Origin: Fidelibacterota bacterium
Lineage (GTDB): Bacteria > Fidelibacterota > Marinisomatia > Marinisomatales > UBA1611
Reading direction: 5' to 3'
Assembly: GCA_018649625.1 (NCBI GenBank)
Contig: JABIHN010000044.1
Location: 9,035 to 73,034, forward strand
Length of the DNA: 64,000 nt
Shown: positions 1 through 9,973 of the stretch, in pieces
How positions within the stretch are numbered: position 1 is the first letter of the stretch
How the letters are laid out: the number at the start of each line of letters is the position of its first letter
The notes under the pieces: generated by a model
What the model was told of the DNA's origin: nothing
Database searches by the model: none
The model's input: only the letters and a program-made list of their open reading frames with translations
Program-made: the position numbers and the translations under genes

Positions 1-1
1 A

Positions 2-1915
2 AGTCTAAATTCAGTTACACCAGCAACAACAAATGGAACTCTATTGAATGATGAGATTACTTACTCTCCTGAAATTCCAAGTGAATCAGAAAATGTTTCT
101 ATACTCGTTCCAATTTTGAATAGTGGTATATCTATTTTTTCCGGAACCGTTCAAGTATATTCAAATAACTCACTGCTAAATCAAACACATCTCACTTCAG
201 GAAATTTAGGTGATACCGTTTTGGTGAATATTTCTTTGGGAACATTCAGTGCCGGCTTCCATGAATTATCCATTGTTCTTAGCGTAGAAAATGATGCCAG
301 TGAAGTTGATAATACTGGATTAAATACGTTGAAAATTCGATATCCATTTGGAACCATTTTAATCAATGAGTTCATGTCCGCGCCCAATAATGACCAATCT
401 GAATTTGTAGAGTTAATGTCTTTTCAAGATATCGATTTAATCAATTGGGAAATGTCAGACAATCAAAAGAATCCAGTTCAACTGGATACATTGTCTGTTG
501 CCCTTGGCGATTTTATTGTAATTCTATCAGATTCAAATATGATATCCCAAGTAGATGCAAATGCACATATCAATATTCCATCCAACTTTCCCAGTCTTAA
601 TAATTCAGCTGATGGAATTTATTTATATGACCATACGGGGTCCATCATTGATTCTTTGATTTATGACAACGCTTGGGACCTTGTTAGCGAAAAATCTTCA
701 GAAAAAAAACGTCCTTCTTATTTATCTAATAATGCAAATAATTGGGATGTGGCAGATAACGATATTGGATTCACCTTGGGATTTCAAAATAGCATTATGA
801 TTTTGGATGTCGATGGAATGATTCTTCAGGATTCAATCAAATATTCACCCATTCCACCTTACGCTGACGCCATAATAACTATACAAATTCCCATTGTGAA
901 TGTTGGCGTTTCACCATTTAATGGAACAGTATCCATTGAAATAAATGATGACGAAGTTGAAGAATTGATATTTGAGCAAATCGAAATCGGAGACACGCTC
1001 ATAATTGAACCTGGAATTATTGCACCATCATCGGGGATTTCCAATGTAACAATTATATTAGATATTTTAGATGATGGTAATTCAGAAAATGATATTGCTA
1101 CATTCCCCTTACCCGTTCGTTTTCCATTTGGGACTATTCTAATTAATGAGTTATTTCCACTCCCTGATTCTACAGAATCGGAATTTGTTGAAATAATTCC
1201 CCAAGATAATGTTAATATTTTGAATTGGGGAATTATGGATTTAGGTAGTTCAATAAAACATTTTCCAGACATTAATCTAAAGCAATATGCATATTGTGTT
1301 ATAACGAGTGATTCTTTTTTTAGCATTCCGGATTCATCCATTTTGATTTTACCCGAAGGTGGGCTTCCAGCACTAAACAACACATCAGAAACAATTTTTC
1401 TTGTTGATCATACTGGTTCTATCATTGATTCGGTTCATTACAATGAGAATTGGCATCTTTTAAATTCACGATCCATGGAAAAATATCGCTTACAAGATGA
1501 ATCCAATAATCTTAAAAACTGGGGCATCTCTGTGGGAGATGCTGGAAAAACTCCTGGAATTCAAAATTCATTATTTTTCAGTATTCTTCCATCAAAAGGA
1601 AATGTTGAATTGTCACCAAATCCATTTTCACCTGACGGTGATGGCATTGATGATGAGTTAATACTTCTTTATTCTATTCCATTTAATGAAGCAATAATTC
1701 GATGGGAAATTTTTGATATGGCTGGAAGAATAATCGCAAAACCATATTACAATTATCAGATAGGGCAAAATGGAAAACTAACTTGGAATGGATTAAGAGA
1801 ATTTGGAAAACCCGCTAGAATTGGAATCTATATAATGAAAATATCTTTTCTTGATATGAGCTCTAACAAATCATGGGAATCAATTAAAACAATTGTTCTA
1901 GCAAAACCATTATAA
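2..1915 (+). CDS. Secreted/surface multidomain protein, 5'-partial: two tandem [Ig-like + lamin-tail-domain (LTD)-like] modules plus a FlgD-Ig/CHU_C-like C-terminal domain
   Basis: The frame is open from the window edge, with no stop between nt 2 and the TTG at 44, so the N-terminus lies upstream. An LTD-like motif 'R(Y/F)PFGTILINE..SEFVE(L/I)...(I/L)NW' occurs twice, at about aa 100 and 360. The C-terminal 'NPFSPDGDGIDDE' motif is typical of FlgD-Ig/gliding-type C-terminal domains. Confidence 0.6.
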   Translation, partial: SLNSVTPATTNGTLLNDEITYSPEIPSESENVSILVPILNSGISIFSGTVQVYSNNSLLNQTHLTSGNLGDTVLVNISLGTFSAGFHELSIVLSVENDASEVDNTGLNTLKIRYPFGTILINEFMSAPNNDQSEFVELMSFQDIDLINWEMSDNQKNPVQLDTLSVALGDFIVILSDSNMISQVDANAHINIPSNFPSLNNSADGIYLYDHTGSIIDSLIYDNAWDLVSEKSSEKKRPSYLSNNANNWDVADNDIGFTLGFQNSIMILDVDGMILQDSIKYSPIPPYADAIITIQIPIVNVGVSPFNGTVSIEINDDEVEELIFEQIEIGDTLIIEPGIIAPSSGISNVTIILDILDDGNSENDIATFPLPVRFPFGTILINELFPLPDSTESEFVEIIPQDNVNILNWGIMDLGSSIKHFPDINLKQYAYCVITSDSFFSIPDSSILILPEGGLPALNNTSETIFLVDHTGSIIDSVHYNENWHLLNSRSMEKYRLQDESNNLKNWGISVGDAGKTPGIQNSLFFSILPSKGNVELSPNPFSPDGDGIDDELILLYSIPFNEAIIRWEIFDMAGRIIAKPYYNYQIGQNGKLTWNGLREFGKPARIGIYIMKISFLDMSSNKSWESIKTIVLAKPL

Positions 1916-1954
1916 TTTTAATCGTTAAACAAATAAATTCAAGACAATATTATA

Positions 1955-2833
1955 ATGAAAATATTAATCTCAGAACTTCCAAAATCACCTTGGTGGGGAA
2001 AAGGCATCCCTATGTATGATGATAATCCAGTCATGCGGTTGGACGCAGTTCCCAATCAATCTTTATTACAAAGAGAGAGGGCCCAGTTAATTTCAATTTT
2101 AGAAGAAAATGAAATAGGTGTGGTAGAATTGCCTTTTCCTTCTTTATTTGATCAAGAACCAATCAAACATGATTTTGTTTACATTCGCGATCCCTTTATA
2201 AGCAATCAACAGGGGAAAGCAATAATATTAAGAATGAAGGAAGTCAATCGACGAAGCGATAGTAGAATTGCAGAAGAATTACTCATAAACCTCGGGATGG
2301 ATATTACTCATATTCCCGATACGCCAGGTTTATATGCTGAAGGTGGCGAGTTTTATTATTGCCCCAAAGAAAACATCCTATTTAGCGGTCAAAGTCGAAA
2401 TAGTGTATCAGGAATGGAAGCAGTCGCTGACGCATTAAATGTATCAGGATTAGTTACAATTCAAAGCCACTCATTTCACTTAGATACTTATTTTACGCCT
2501 GTTTTAAATCCGAAAGGCTTCGTGTGTGCGCTTATAATTTGTATGGATGTTATTTCTGTAAAATCAGCCCGAGATTTAAATAATTTCGCTAAAAAGAAAA
2601 ATATTCCCATTATTGATATTCCGATTGAAGATGCCATTGGAACGGCGGCTCATCCAGGATCTTTTGCGGCCAATGCACTACCCCTTCCCGGTTTGTTAAT
2701 CAGCCCGAATCAATTCACAAATAAAGCCATTAATGAACAATTAGAAAAAATGGATGTGCAGAGAATCATAACGCCTACAACTCAATTTGAATTAAGTGGT
2801 GGTTCGATTCATTGTATTACGAACGAAATTTGA
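1955..2833 (+). CDS. Amidinotransferase-fold (pentein) enzyme, DDAH/arginine-deiminase-like; substrate unknown
   Basis: The C-terminal 'SGGSIHCITNE' matches the catalytic-Cys ending (GG.xHC.T) of guanidino-group-modifying enzymes. The 'AEGGEF' and 'HLDT' segments also fit the fold. Confidence 0.55.
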   Translation: MKILISELPKSPWWGKGIPMYDDNPVMRLDAVPNQSLLQRERAQLISILEENEIGVVELPFPSLFDQEPIKHDFVYIRDPFISNQQGKAIILRMKEVNRRSDSRIAEELLINLGMDITHIPDTPGLYAEGGEFYYCPKENILFSGQSRNSVSGMEAVADALNVSGLVTIQSHSFHLDTYFTPVLNPKGFVCALIICMDVISVKSARDLNNFAKKKNIPIIDIPIEDAIGTAAHPGSFAANALPLPGLLISPNQFTNKAINEQLEKMDVQRIITPTTQFELSGGSIHCITNEI

Positions 2834-2891
2834 TTATTTAAAAAACTAAGAACATTAAGTTCTCAAAAAAGAAGAATTAGTATTTAAAAAT

Positions 2892-2921
2892 AAAAAAGGG
2901 GCGAATTTTCGCCCCTTTTTT
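2892..2921. terminator. Bidirectional rho-independent terminator
   Basis: A6-GGGGCG-aatttt-CGCCCC-T6 forms a perfect GC hairpin flanked by an A-run and a T-run. It lies between the convergent genes ending at 2833 (+) and 2938 (-). Confidence 0.8.
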
Positions 2922-2937
2922 CAAGAAATGATTAAAA

Positions 2938-3654
2938 CTATATCCCTAACCCAATCCTAACATTCATACTGCCAAACCCATCATTTCCTGGCACAATATC
3001 CTTCGCCATTGTATAACGATAAAATGCCATAATATCAAATGTAAGTAATCTAAAGTGAAGTCCCGCTTGAGCATGAAAACCCGATGCTTCAATTTTATTT
3101 TCATCTAAATATGATTCTAAAGCATCTGAATTAAATTCTCCATTTTCCAAATCTGGTAATCCATCTTCATCAACTAAAACCGATTCAAGCATTTCCTGAT
3201 TTATCATCGGTATAGCTACATGACTATTCATCCCAACTCCCGCATAGAGTTTTGCCTTTGCTAAAAAAGGAATACCTAATTTAAAAATAGGCTTTTGAAT
3301 AGTAATATAGGTATTTGCAGCGCCATACACAAACCCAGCTGTATCTGGTGGTAGATCCAATGCCTCATTTAATTTGTTATAAATTGAAAAATCGTAAAAA
3401 TTTCCCATTGCATTAATTTCTACATCTAAATCAATAAATGGAATTATATCTAAATATAAATATCCACCAATTGAATTACTATTTTCAAAACCATGATGAT
3501 TAAAGTTCCCTACGGTAATACCATCTACCATTAAATCTGTAGATGTGGGTTCAACAGTAAAGGTTGCTTGCCCACCACTGAATCCAAATCCCCCAATTGC
3601 AAACATGGACGTTGGTAAAATTGCAATCATCAATCCAACTAAAACTCTCTTCAT
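2938..3654 (-). CDS. Putative outer-membrane beta-barrel protein, function unknown
   Basis: It has a signal peptide (MKRVLVGLMIAILPTSMFA), an alternating amphipathic strand pattern, an aromatic/Gly-rich composition and a C-terminal strand '...MNVRIGLGI'. Confidence 0.5.
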   Translation of the reverse strand: MKRVLVGLMIAILPTSMFAIGGFGFSGGQATFTVEPTSTDLMVDGITVGNFNHHGFENSNSIGGYLYLDIIPFIDLDVEINAMGNFYDFSIYNKLNEALDLPPDTAGFVYGAANTYITIQKPIFKLGIPFLAKAKLYAGVGMNSHVAIPMINQEMLESVLVDEDGLPDLENGEFNSDALESYLDENKIEASGFHAQAGLHFRLLTFDIMAFYRYTMAKDIVPGNDGFGSMNVRIGLGI

Positions 3655-3779
3655 TTTTTATCTCCTTAAAAATTGTGTATTATTAATTATTGAAGTTTAC
3701 GTAAACTATCAGGTTGAATCAAATCACTCATTGAATAAGCATACATGTCTTCAATAAATTATAACTTATCATTTTATCT

Positions 3780-6035
3780 ATGAATCAATATTTCATTTCA
3801 ATCATCCTTTTCGTCTCTGCTGGATTATTCAGCCAAGATGTCTTATGGCCTACGCAGGTCACAAAAACATTCTCATCTAATTTTGGTGAAAACAGAGATG
3901 ATCATTTTCATATGGGTTTGGATATTAAAACCAATGGAGTAAGTGGACAGAAAGTTCTTGCTGTGGAAGATGGGTTTATTCATCGTATGACATCCAATTA
4001 CAATGGGTATGGCAAAGCAATTTATCTTACGTCTAATTCTGGGCATGAAGTCGTTTATGGCCACTTAAAATCATTTGCTCCCATGATGGAAAAAGTATGG
4101 AAACTCCAACAAGCCAAACGACGAAGTTATAAAGTAGATACCAATTTTTCTCGGAGTGAATTCCAAGTTAAAAAAGGAGACATCATTGGATATTCTGGGA
4201 ATACAGGCAATTCATTTGCACCTCATCTTCATTTCGAATATCGGACGAGTAATAGCATTCCACTCAATCCGTTAACCATGGCATTCAATCTTCCAGATCA
4301 TGTAATGCCCATCCCAAAAAAACTTGCATTAATTCCTATTTCTCAAGGGTCTCTAATCAATGCAAGCCCACTGAGTCAGATAATGCCTTTATTTAGAGCT
4401 AAAGACGGTACATATTATTTAGCGGATACTATAAGTGTTTTCGGCGATTTTGCGTTTGCTATCCAAGCAGTTGATAAACGAGAAGGCGGAAATAATATTT
4501 ACCAATTCCATCGAGCTGAATTACTTATCGATGGAAAAACTAAATTCGAGTTAGACTATTCACGTATTCCCTTTAGTGATGGTAAAATGGCAAAGACTGT
4601 AATTCAATTTGATTTAAAACAAAAAAATCTTGGTGAATTTCAAAAATTATATCGAATGGAAGAACATAAAAAAGTCGCTATACACACTTCAGACGATTTG
4701 GGGATTTTGCAACTAAAACCAGGATATCACTCTATCGAAATAAATATTTTTGATGCAAAAGGGAATAAGTCCACAATTAGAGGAGTGGCTGTGGGATCGT
4801 TTCCCATGACACTGGAAGCAACAGAAATATTCCGCGATAATAAAGTAATCACACTTGCACTGTCTCCAAAACGAGGTGGATTACCTATTCGGAATGCTGT
4901 CATCTATAATTTTACGCCTTATGGCTTTCCCGATGAAAAAGTTGAAATCATTCATTCGGAAAAAGTTAAAAAAGGTCTACATGTCACGCTACCAATCAAA
5001 TCTATTCATAATCGAATTTTACAAATTATTGGCATTAATCAACTCGGAGGAATGGTAAGCCCTTACCATTGGAGTTCAATGACGCCAAATTTAAGCGTTA
5101 TTGATATTCGCCCTTCACTCAAAATAGCAAATACAGAACGAGGAATATTTTTTCAAGTTGAAATCGATCAATATGTGCCTGCCCGTACTACTTTAAAATT
5201 GGCCAACGATAATACATTCATGTCTTATTCATTAGAGCAGATTCGCCCAAATACATTCATCACAGATCGATTATCTCATCATGTGGTAAATGAGATGAAA
5301 TATGTAGACGTGGAACTCTCTCATGAAGATCAATTCCGGGAAACACGGTTTTACTATAATCTAGAATCAACGAGCCCTGGAGAAGAATCATTTGTGATTT
5401 CCAATGATCGTAATTGTTCTATCCAAACCAACAAAAATACATTTTATCAAAACAATATTATCTGGGTTGAAAAAGTAAAAGAGTTTGTACCCATAGAAGA
5501 TGGGCTCCATTTATCTTCAGTTTACCAACTCCAACCTTATGATATTGCTTTAAAAGGAAATTTTCGTATTGGAATAAAATACGATAAAGACTTGGTAGAA
5601 CATTCCAATCTAGGAATCTATTATTATGACGGGAAAACAAGCAATTGGATTTATATACCTACAGAAAATAATCGACGTAAACAAATATTGACCGGAGAGC
5701 TTTCTCAAATGGATGCAATAACAATTATTCAAGATTTAGACTCTCCTAAAATTATAAATATGTTTCCTGCAAATGGAGGTCGATATCAAATCCAAGATGT
5801 AAAACATATTAGTATCCACGTAAATGATGCAATTTCTGGAATTGAATCTGAAGAATCATCTTTTGATCTATTGTTAAATGATAATCCAGTCTATCCTGCA
5901 TACCAACCAATCAAGAAAGAAATATCATACTCATTTAATCAAACACTCTCAAGTGGCCAACATAAAATTGATTTTAAAGTACGAGATAGAATGGGGAATG
6001 AAAAAAGTAAAACTATTTACTTTGTTGTGTATTAA
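3780..6035 (+). CDS. M23 family metallopeptidase with a ~550-aa C-terminal extension
   Basis: It carries the M23/LytM zinc motifs 'HFHMGLDI' (HxxxD) and 'GNTGNSFAPHLHFEYR' (HxH), preceded by an N-terminal signal/anchor. Confidence 0.85.
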   Translation: MNQYFISIILFVSAGLFSQDVLWPTQVTKTFSSNFGENRDDHFHMGLDIKTNGVSGQKVLAVEDGFIHRMTSNYNGYGKAIYLTSNSGHEVVYGHLKSFAPMMEKVWKLQQAKRRSYKVDTNFSRSEFQVKKGDIIGYSGNTGNSFAPHLHFEYRTSNSIPLNPLTMAFNLPDHVMPIPKKLALIPISQGSLINASPLSQIMPLFRAKDGTYYLADTISVFGDFAFAIQAVDKREGGNNIYQFHRAELLIDGKTKFELDYSRIPFSDGKMAKTVIQFDLKQKNLGEFQKLYRMEEHKKVAIHTSDDLGILQLKPGYHSIEINIFDAKGNKSTIRGVAVGSFPMTLEATEIFRDNKVITLALSPKRGGLPIRNAVIYNFTPYGFPDEKVEIIHSEKVKKGLHVTLPIKSIHNRILQIIGINQLGGMVSPYHWSSMTPNLSVIDIRPSLKIANTERGIFFQVEIDQYVPARTTLKLANDNTFMSYSLEQIRPNTFITDRLSHHVVNEMKYVDVELSHEDQFRETRFYYNLESTSPGEESFVISNDRNCSIQTNKNTFYQNNIIWVEKVKEFVPIEDGLHLSSVYQLQPYDIALKGNFRIGIKYDKDLVEHSNLGIYYYDGKTSNWIYIPTENNRRKQILTGELSQMDAITIIQDLDSPKIINMFPANGGRYQIQDVKHISIHVNDAISGIESEESSFDLLLNDNPVYPAYQPIKKEISYSFNQTLSSGQHKIDFKVRDRMGNEKSKTIYFVVY

Positions 6036-6691
6036 TGTTTTTCCCTTATAGAGATGATAATCCACGAATTCTCTTCCCTTTTGTAACCTATGGTATAATA
6101 ATCTTAAATATAGTTGTTTTCCTTGGTCAATTCTGGATAGCCGGTAATTATCCTGAACTAGAAAAAACTTTTATTTATAAATTTGGATTCATTCCCGATG
6201 ATTTTAATCTTCTTACGGTTTTTTCATCTATGTTCATGCATGGTGGCTTCGGACATATTATAGGAAACATGTGGTTTCTTTTTATTTTCGGAGATAATGT
6301 GGAAAGTTTGTTGGGTCATAGAAAATATTTTCTTTTTTACATTTTTTGCGGAATGGGTGCAGCATTATCTCAGTATATAGTTGACCCAACATCTTCTATT
6401 CCCATGATTGGCGCAAGCGGTGCCCTCGCTGGTGTGTTAGGTGCTTATATGATACGATTTCCAAGGGCAAGAGTACATGTTTTAGTAATTTTATTTATAT
6501 TTTTTACTACAATTATAGTACGTGCACAAATTGTATTAGGCCTATGGTTTTTAATGCAATTATCAAATGGTCTTGGTAGCTTGGGTATGGATACAACAGG
6601 CGGTGTTGCATGGTTTGCCCATATTGGCGGATTTATTGTTGGCGTTGTATCCTTAAAATATTTTCAAAATTTTCGGATTGATAAAATATGA
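6035..6691 (+). CDS. Rhomboid family intramembrane serine protease
   Basis: It has the 'GASGALAGVLGAY' (GxSG catalytic Ser) and 'HIGGF' (catalytic His) motifs and six predicted TM helices. Its start overlaps the M23 stop (TAATG). Confidence 0.85.
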   Translation: MFFPYRDDNPRILFPFVTYGIIILNIVVFLGQFWIAGNYPELEKTFIYKFGFIPDDFNLLTVFSSMFMHGGFGHIIGNMWFLFIFGDNVESLLGHRKYFLFYIFCGMGAALSQYIVDPTSSIPMIGASGALAGVLGAYMIRFPRARVHVLVILFIFFTTIIVRAQIVLGLWFLMQLSNGLGSLGMDTTGGVAWFAHIGGFIVGVVSLKYFQNFRIDKI

Positions 6692-7071
6692 ACCAAACAT
6701 TAATAAATAAAGCAATGGAAATGCGCAATAATGCTCATGCTCCCTATTCTAACTATCTAGTTGGCGCTGCTGTGGAAACTGAATCTGGAGAGATTTTGGG
6801 TGGGTGTAATGTTGAATCATCTAGTTACGGACTTACTTGTTGTGCGGAACGAGTTTCCCTTTTTCGAGCAATCGCAGAAGGCTATACTTCTTTTAAGGCA
6901 TTAGCCGTGGCAACAGACAACGGTGGATCACCATGTGGTGCATGTCGACAAGTTATTTGGGATCTATGCAAGAATATTCCAGTACATATTTGCGATAAAA
7001 ACGGATTGGTAAAAACAATTTTTTCTTCAGAACTTCTACCTCACGCATTTGATGATTCACAGTTAACATGA
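6688..7071 (+). CDS. cdd: Cytidine deaminase
   Basis: It has the zinc-binding motifs 'CAER' (C/HAE) and 'PCGACRQ' (PCxxC) and the typical small homotetrameric size (127 aa). It overlaps the upstream gene by 4 nt. Confidence 0.9.
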   Translation: MNQTLINKAMEMRNNAHAPYSNYLVGAAVETESGEILGGCNVESSSYGLTCCAERVSLFRAIAEGYTSFKALAVATDNGGSPCGACRQVIWDLCKNIPVHICDKNGLVKTIFSSELLPHAFDDSQLT

Positions 7072-7682
7072 ATACTATAATTATAGGAATTGCCGGTGGA
7101 ACAGGGTCAGGAAAAACATCTCTGGCTAAAAAAATCCTTGCTGAGTATGGCGAAGGAGAAGTGGCGGTTCTCGAGCAAGATTCTTACTATAATGATTTAT
7201 CCCATATTTTATATGAAGAACGTGTTACCCAGAATTTTGACCATCCTGACTCAATCGATATTGATTTATTTGAGACCCATTTGCAAAATTTAATTAATAG
7301 CACATCTGTTAAGGTCCCAACATATGATTTTTCTACCCATGTAAGAATGAACCAGGTAACACGCGTTACACCCCACCGTGTGCTTGTAGTAGAGGGTATT
7401 TTAACTCTTCATTATTCACAAATCCGTAATTTATTATCCATAAAAATTTTTGTAGATACACCTGCCGATATTAGATTTATACGACGATTAACTCGAGATA
7501 TTCATGAGCGTGGTAGAACGCCAGAATCGGTGAATAAACAATATTTAACAACAGTACGCCCCATGCATGAACAATTTGTTGAACCATCTAAATATTACGC
7601 AGATTTGATTGTTCCTGAAGGCGGGGAAAACAAAGTTGCCGTAGATTTACTTAGAACTAAAATCAATTCTATTTTAGCTTAA
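7068..7682 (+). CDS. udk: Uridine kinase
   Basis: It has the P-loop 'GIAGGTGSGKTS' and the 'FDHPDS.D' and 'RRL.RD..ERGR' segments typical of Udk. It overlaps cdd by 4 nt. Confidence 0.9.
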   Translation: MNTIIIGIAGGTGSGKTSLAKKILAEYGEGEVAVLEQDSYYNDLSHILYEERVTQNFDHPDSIDIDLFETHLQNLINSTSVKVPTYDFSTHVRMNQVTRVTPHRVLVVEGILTLHYSQIRNLLSIKIFVDTPADIRFIRRLTRDIHERGRTPESVNKQYLTTVRPMHEQFVEPSKYYADLIVPEGGENKVAVDLLRTKINSILA

Positions 7683-7771
7683 TACTTAGAATACAAAGTG
7701 CTAACTGTTAATTTGTAATATTAAATTTCAATCCTTTGTTTAATAGAATAACTTTAAAGATATAATCAATT

Positions 7772-8338
7772 ATGACTTTGACCCCCATTAATTCCGGATG
7801 GATTGAGGTGATTTGCGGAAGCATGTTTTCTGGAAAAACCGAAGAATTAATCCGACGGCTTCGAAGAGCTCAAATTGCCAAAATGCAAACGATCATTTTT
7901 AAGCCTCGAATTGATTCCCGATATAGCGACACTCATATTGTTAGCCATAATCAACTTAAACTCGAGTCGCATATTGTCGATTCTCCATTAGATATTTTAA
8001 CTTTATCTATAAATGCGGCAGTTGTTGCTATAGATGAAGCACAATTTTTTGATAATTCAATTTTAGATATTTGCAAAACATTGGCAAATCAAGGAAAACG
8101 TGTTGTGGTTGCAGGCTTGGATACTGATTATCGTGGCATTCCATTTGGACCTATGCCGCACCTTATGTGTGAAGCAGATTATTTGGATAAATTAAGAGCC
8201 ATTTGTGTACAATGCGGAAATCCAGCAACCTATACACAACGAACTTCTGCCGATGCAGAACAAATTGTGGTGGGGGAATTAGATAAATACGAAGCACGTT
8301 GTAGAAACTGTTATGAACCGCCTGGAGAGATTAAATGA
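7772..8338 (+). CDS. tdk: Thymidine kinase
   Basis: It has the P-loop 'GSMFSGKTEELIRR', 'IDEAQFF', and the C-terminal zinc ribbon 'C..CG...C..C' characteristic of type II TK. Confidence 0.9.
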   Translation: MTLTPINSGWIEVICGSMFSGKTEELIRRLRRAQIAKMQTIIFKPRIDSRYSDTHIVSHNQLKLESHIVDSPLDILTLSINAAVVAIDEAQFFDNSILDICKTLANQGKRVVVAGLDTDYRGIPFGPMPHLMCEADYLDKLRAICVQCGNPATYTQRTSADAEQIVVGELDKYEARCRNCYEPPGEIK

Positions 8339-9954
8339 ATTTTATAAGCTTAATTGGATTACTGGCTTTACTAGGTATTGCAGCTGCATTATCTTACAAT
8401 TTTAAGCAAATCAAATTAAAACCCATTGTTTGGGGTCTTAGTTTACAATTTATTTTTGCTTTAATCATTTTAAGGAATGATTATTTAAGTTTTAGCGGTA
8501 TGGGCATTTTGGGATTACTCCTAATTACTTATCTTCTTCAAAAGGATGATAAAAAATTAGGGGGCGGCATTCAAAGCATTGTTATTTTAGCCGTCGGTGG
8601 AATTATAATCGGATACGGCATAACTATGTTAGGTTCAAATATTGGTTTATTTTTGATAGGCCTACTCCTTTTAATGCTTCTGAATAGTTGGCTGAAATGG
8701 GCTCAGGAGTATCAACGTTATGTTAGTGCTTTATTTGTGATTGTTGGAGTAACCTATATGATCCATAATAATATAACAGGCCAATATATCTTTAAAAACT
8801 TTAGTGATAAAATAGCTTATTTTTTAAGCTTATCAGATTTTGGTGCACAATTCCTTTTTGGTAATTTGGCAAATTCTGAACATTATTTTACAGCACCAAA
8901 TTCAAGCTGGCCCGGATTTGGATTTCAATTTGCTTTTAAAGTATTGCCTACAATTATCTTTTTTGGGGGATTTATGAGCGTCCTTTACTATTATGGTATT
9001 ATGCAAAAAGTGATTGAAACAATCAGCCATTTTATGAGATGGACAATTGGAACAAGTGGCGCAGAAACATTATCTTGTAGTGCTAATATATTTGTAGGGC
9101 AAACAGAAGCTCCCTTATTGATTAAGCCTTTTTTAGATCAAATGACAAAATCTGAATTACTCACAATTATGGTGGGCGGGTTTGCAACAATTGCTGGTGG
9201 AGTCTTGGCTGGATATATATCCATGGGAGTCCCAGCCGGTCATTTGATAGCAGCAAGCGTCATGTCTGCTCCTGCAGCCTTGGTGATTGGAAAAATTATA
9301 TATCCTGAGACTGAACATTCAGTCACAGCAGGTGATGTTGCATTACCCAAAATTCATGTTGGATCTAATGCAATTGAATCCGCATCAAATGGAATTACAG
9401 ATGGAATGAAACTTGCAGCAAATGTTGGCGCAATGCTTATCGGATTTATTGCACTCATTGCTGTTATTGATCTCACATTAAATTGGATGGATGGATGGAT
9501 TGATGGTCAGTGGTTAAAGGGCTCTTATGTTGACTATGTCTCTGCTGGACTCTCTCCCGCAAAAGGTGAGTATATTGGATATTTCCCGGGTTCACTACAA
9601 ACATTTTTTGGAACAATATTTTCACCGCTTGCTTTTTTAATGGGCGTACCATGGAATGATACTGCTGCTGTTGGAAATCTTTTAGGAATAAAGGTCTCAT
9701 TAAATGAGTTTGTGGCATTTGGAACACTCGGTGGATATATTAGCGACGGTATTATTAGCGAAAGAGCAGCAATAATATCTACATATGCACTCTGCGGTTT
9801 TGCGAATTTTTCATCTATTGGTATTCAAATAGGTGGCATTAGCGCTATTTCACCAAAAAGGAAATCAGATTTAGCAAAATTAGGTGTTCGAGCTATGTTT
9901 GGAGGTGTTATTGCATCATGGCTCACAGCTACAATGGCTGGAATATTACTATAA
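8335..9954 (+). CDS. nupC: Concentrative nucleoside transporter (NupC/CNT family) with an internal four-helix insertion
   Basis: It shows the CNT hallmarks 'FVGQTEAPLLIKP', 'MVGGFATIAGGVLAGY' and 'NEFVA...LCGFANFSSIGIQIGG'. It overlaps tdk by 4 nt. At 539 aa it is longer than the ~400-420 aa of typical bacterial CNTs. Confidence 0.85.
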   Translation: MNFISLIGLLALLGIAAALSYNFKQIKLKPIVWGLSLQFIFALIILRNDYLSFSGMGILGLLLITYLLQKDDKKLGGGIQSIVILAVGGIIIGYGITMLGSNIGLFLIGLLLLMLLNSWLKWAQEYQRYVSALFVIVGVTYMIHNNITGQYIFKNFSDKIAYFLSLSDFGAQFLFGNLANSEHYFTAPNSSWPGFGFQFAFKVLPTIIFFGGFMSVLYYYGIMQKVIETISHFMRWTIGTSGAETLSCSANIFVGQTEAPLLIKPFLDQMTKSELLTIMVGGFATIAGGVLAGYISMGVPAGHLIAASVMSAPAALVIGKIIYPETEHSVTAGDVALPKIHVGSNAIESASNGITDGMKLAANVGAMLIGFIALIAVIDLTLNWMDGWIDGQWLKGSYVDYVSAGLSPAKGEYIGYFPGSLQTFFGTIFSPLAFLMGVPWNDTAAVGNLLGIKVSLNEFVAFGTLGGYISDGIISERAAIISTYALCGFANFSSIGIQIGGISAISPKRKSDLAKLGVRAMFGGVIASWLTATMAGILL

Positions 9955-9973
9955 TTATGAAATTGGAAAATCA

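Noticed and set aside
859-1383. A 174-aa minus-strand ORF. The many 60-100-aa ORFs nested in or antisense to large genes belong to the same class, for example 181..387, 3545..3757, 3873..4064, 16771..17001, 17289..17537, 20913..21188, 25487..25860, 28271..28703, 31108..31600, 33265..33564, 44066..44356, 48502..48798 and 62355..62588.
   Set aside because: Each lies entirely inside a longer ORF with strong family motifs on the other strand or in another frame. All have low-complexity or biased composition typical of shadow ORFs in AT-rich DNA.
7736-7771. A possible promoter (TTGTTT ... TATAAT) ending 5 nt before the tdk ATG, suggesting a leaderless mRNA.
   Set aside because: The spacing between the putative -35 and -10 is about 19 nt. 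TATAAT-like strings are expected by chance in this AT-rich DNA, so the evidence is not strong enough to call a feature.
9884-9973. N-terminal extensions proposed by the ORF track for adk. The same issue affects eno (61273..61386), nfeD (17772..17831), mrp (31823..31852), DUF1385 (44425..44493) and skp (27454..27507).
   Set aside because: The family N-termini begin at internal starts. The extensions overlap upstream genes or run through terminator hairpins, and they add non-homologous residues.
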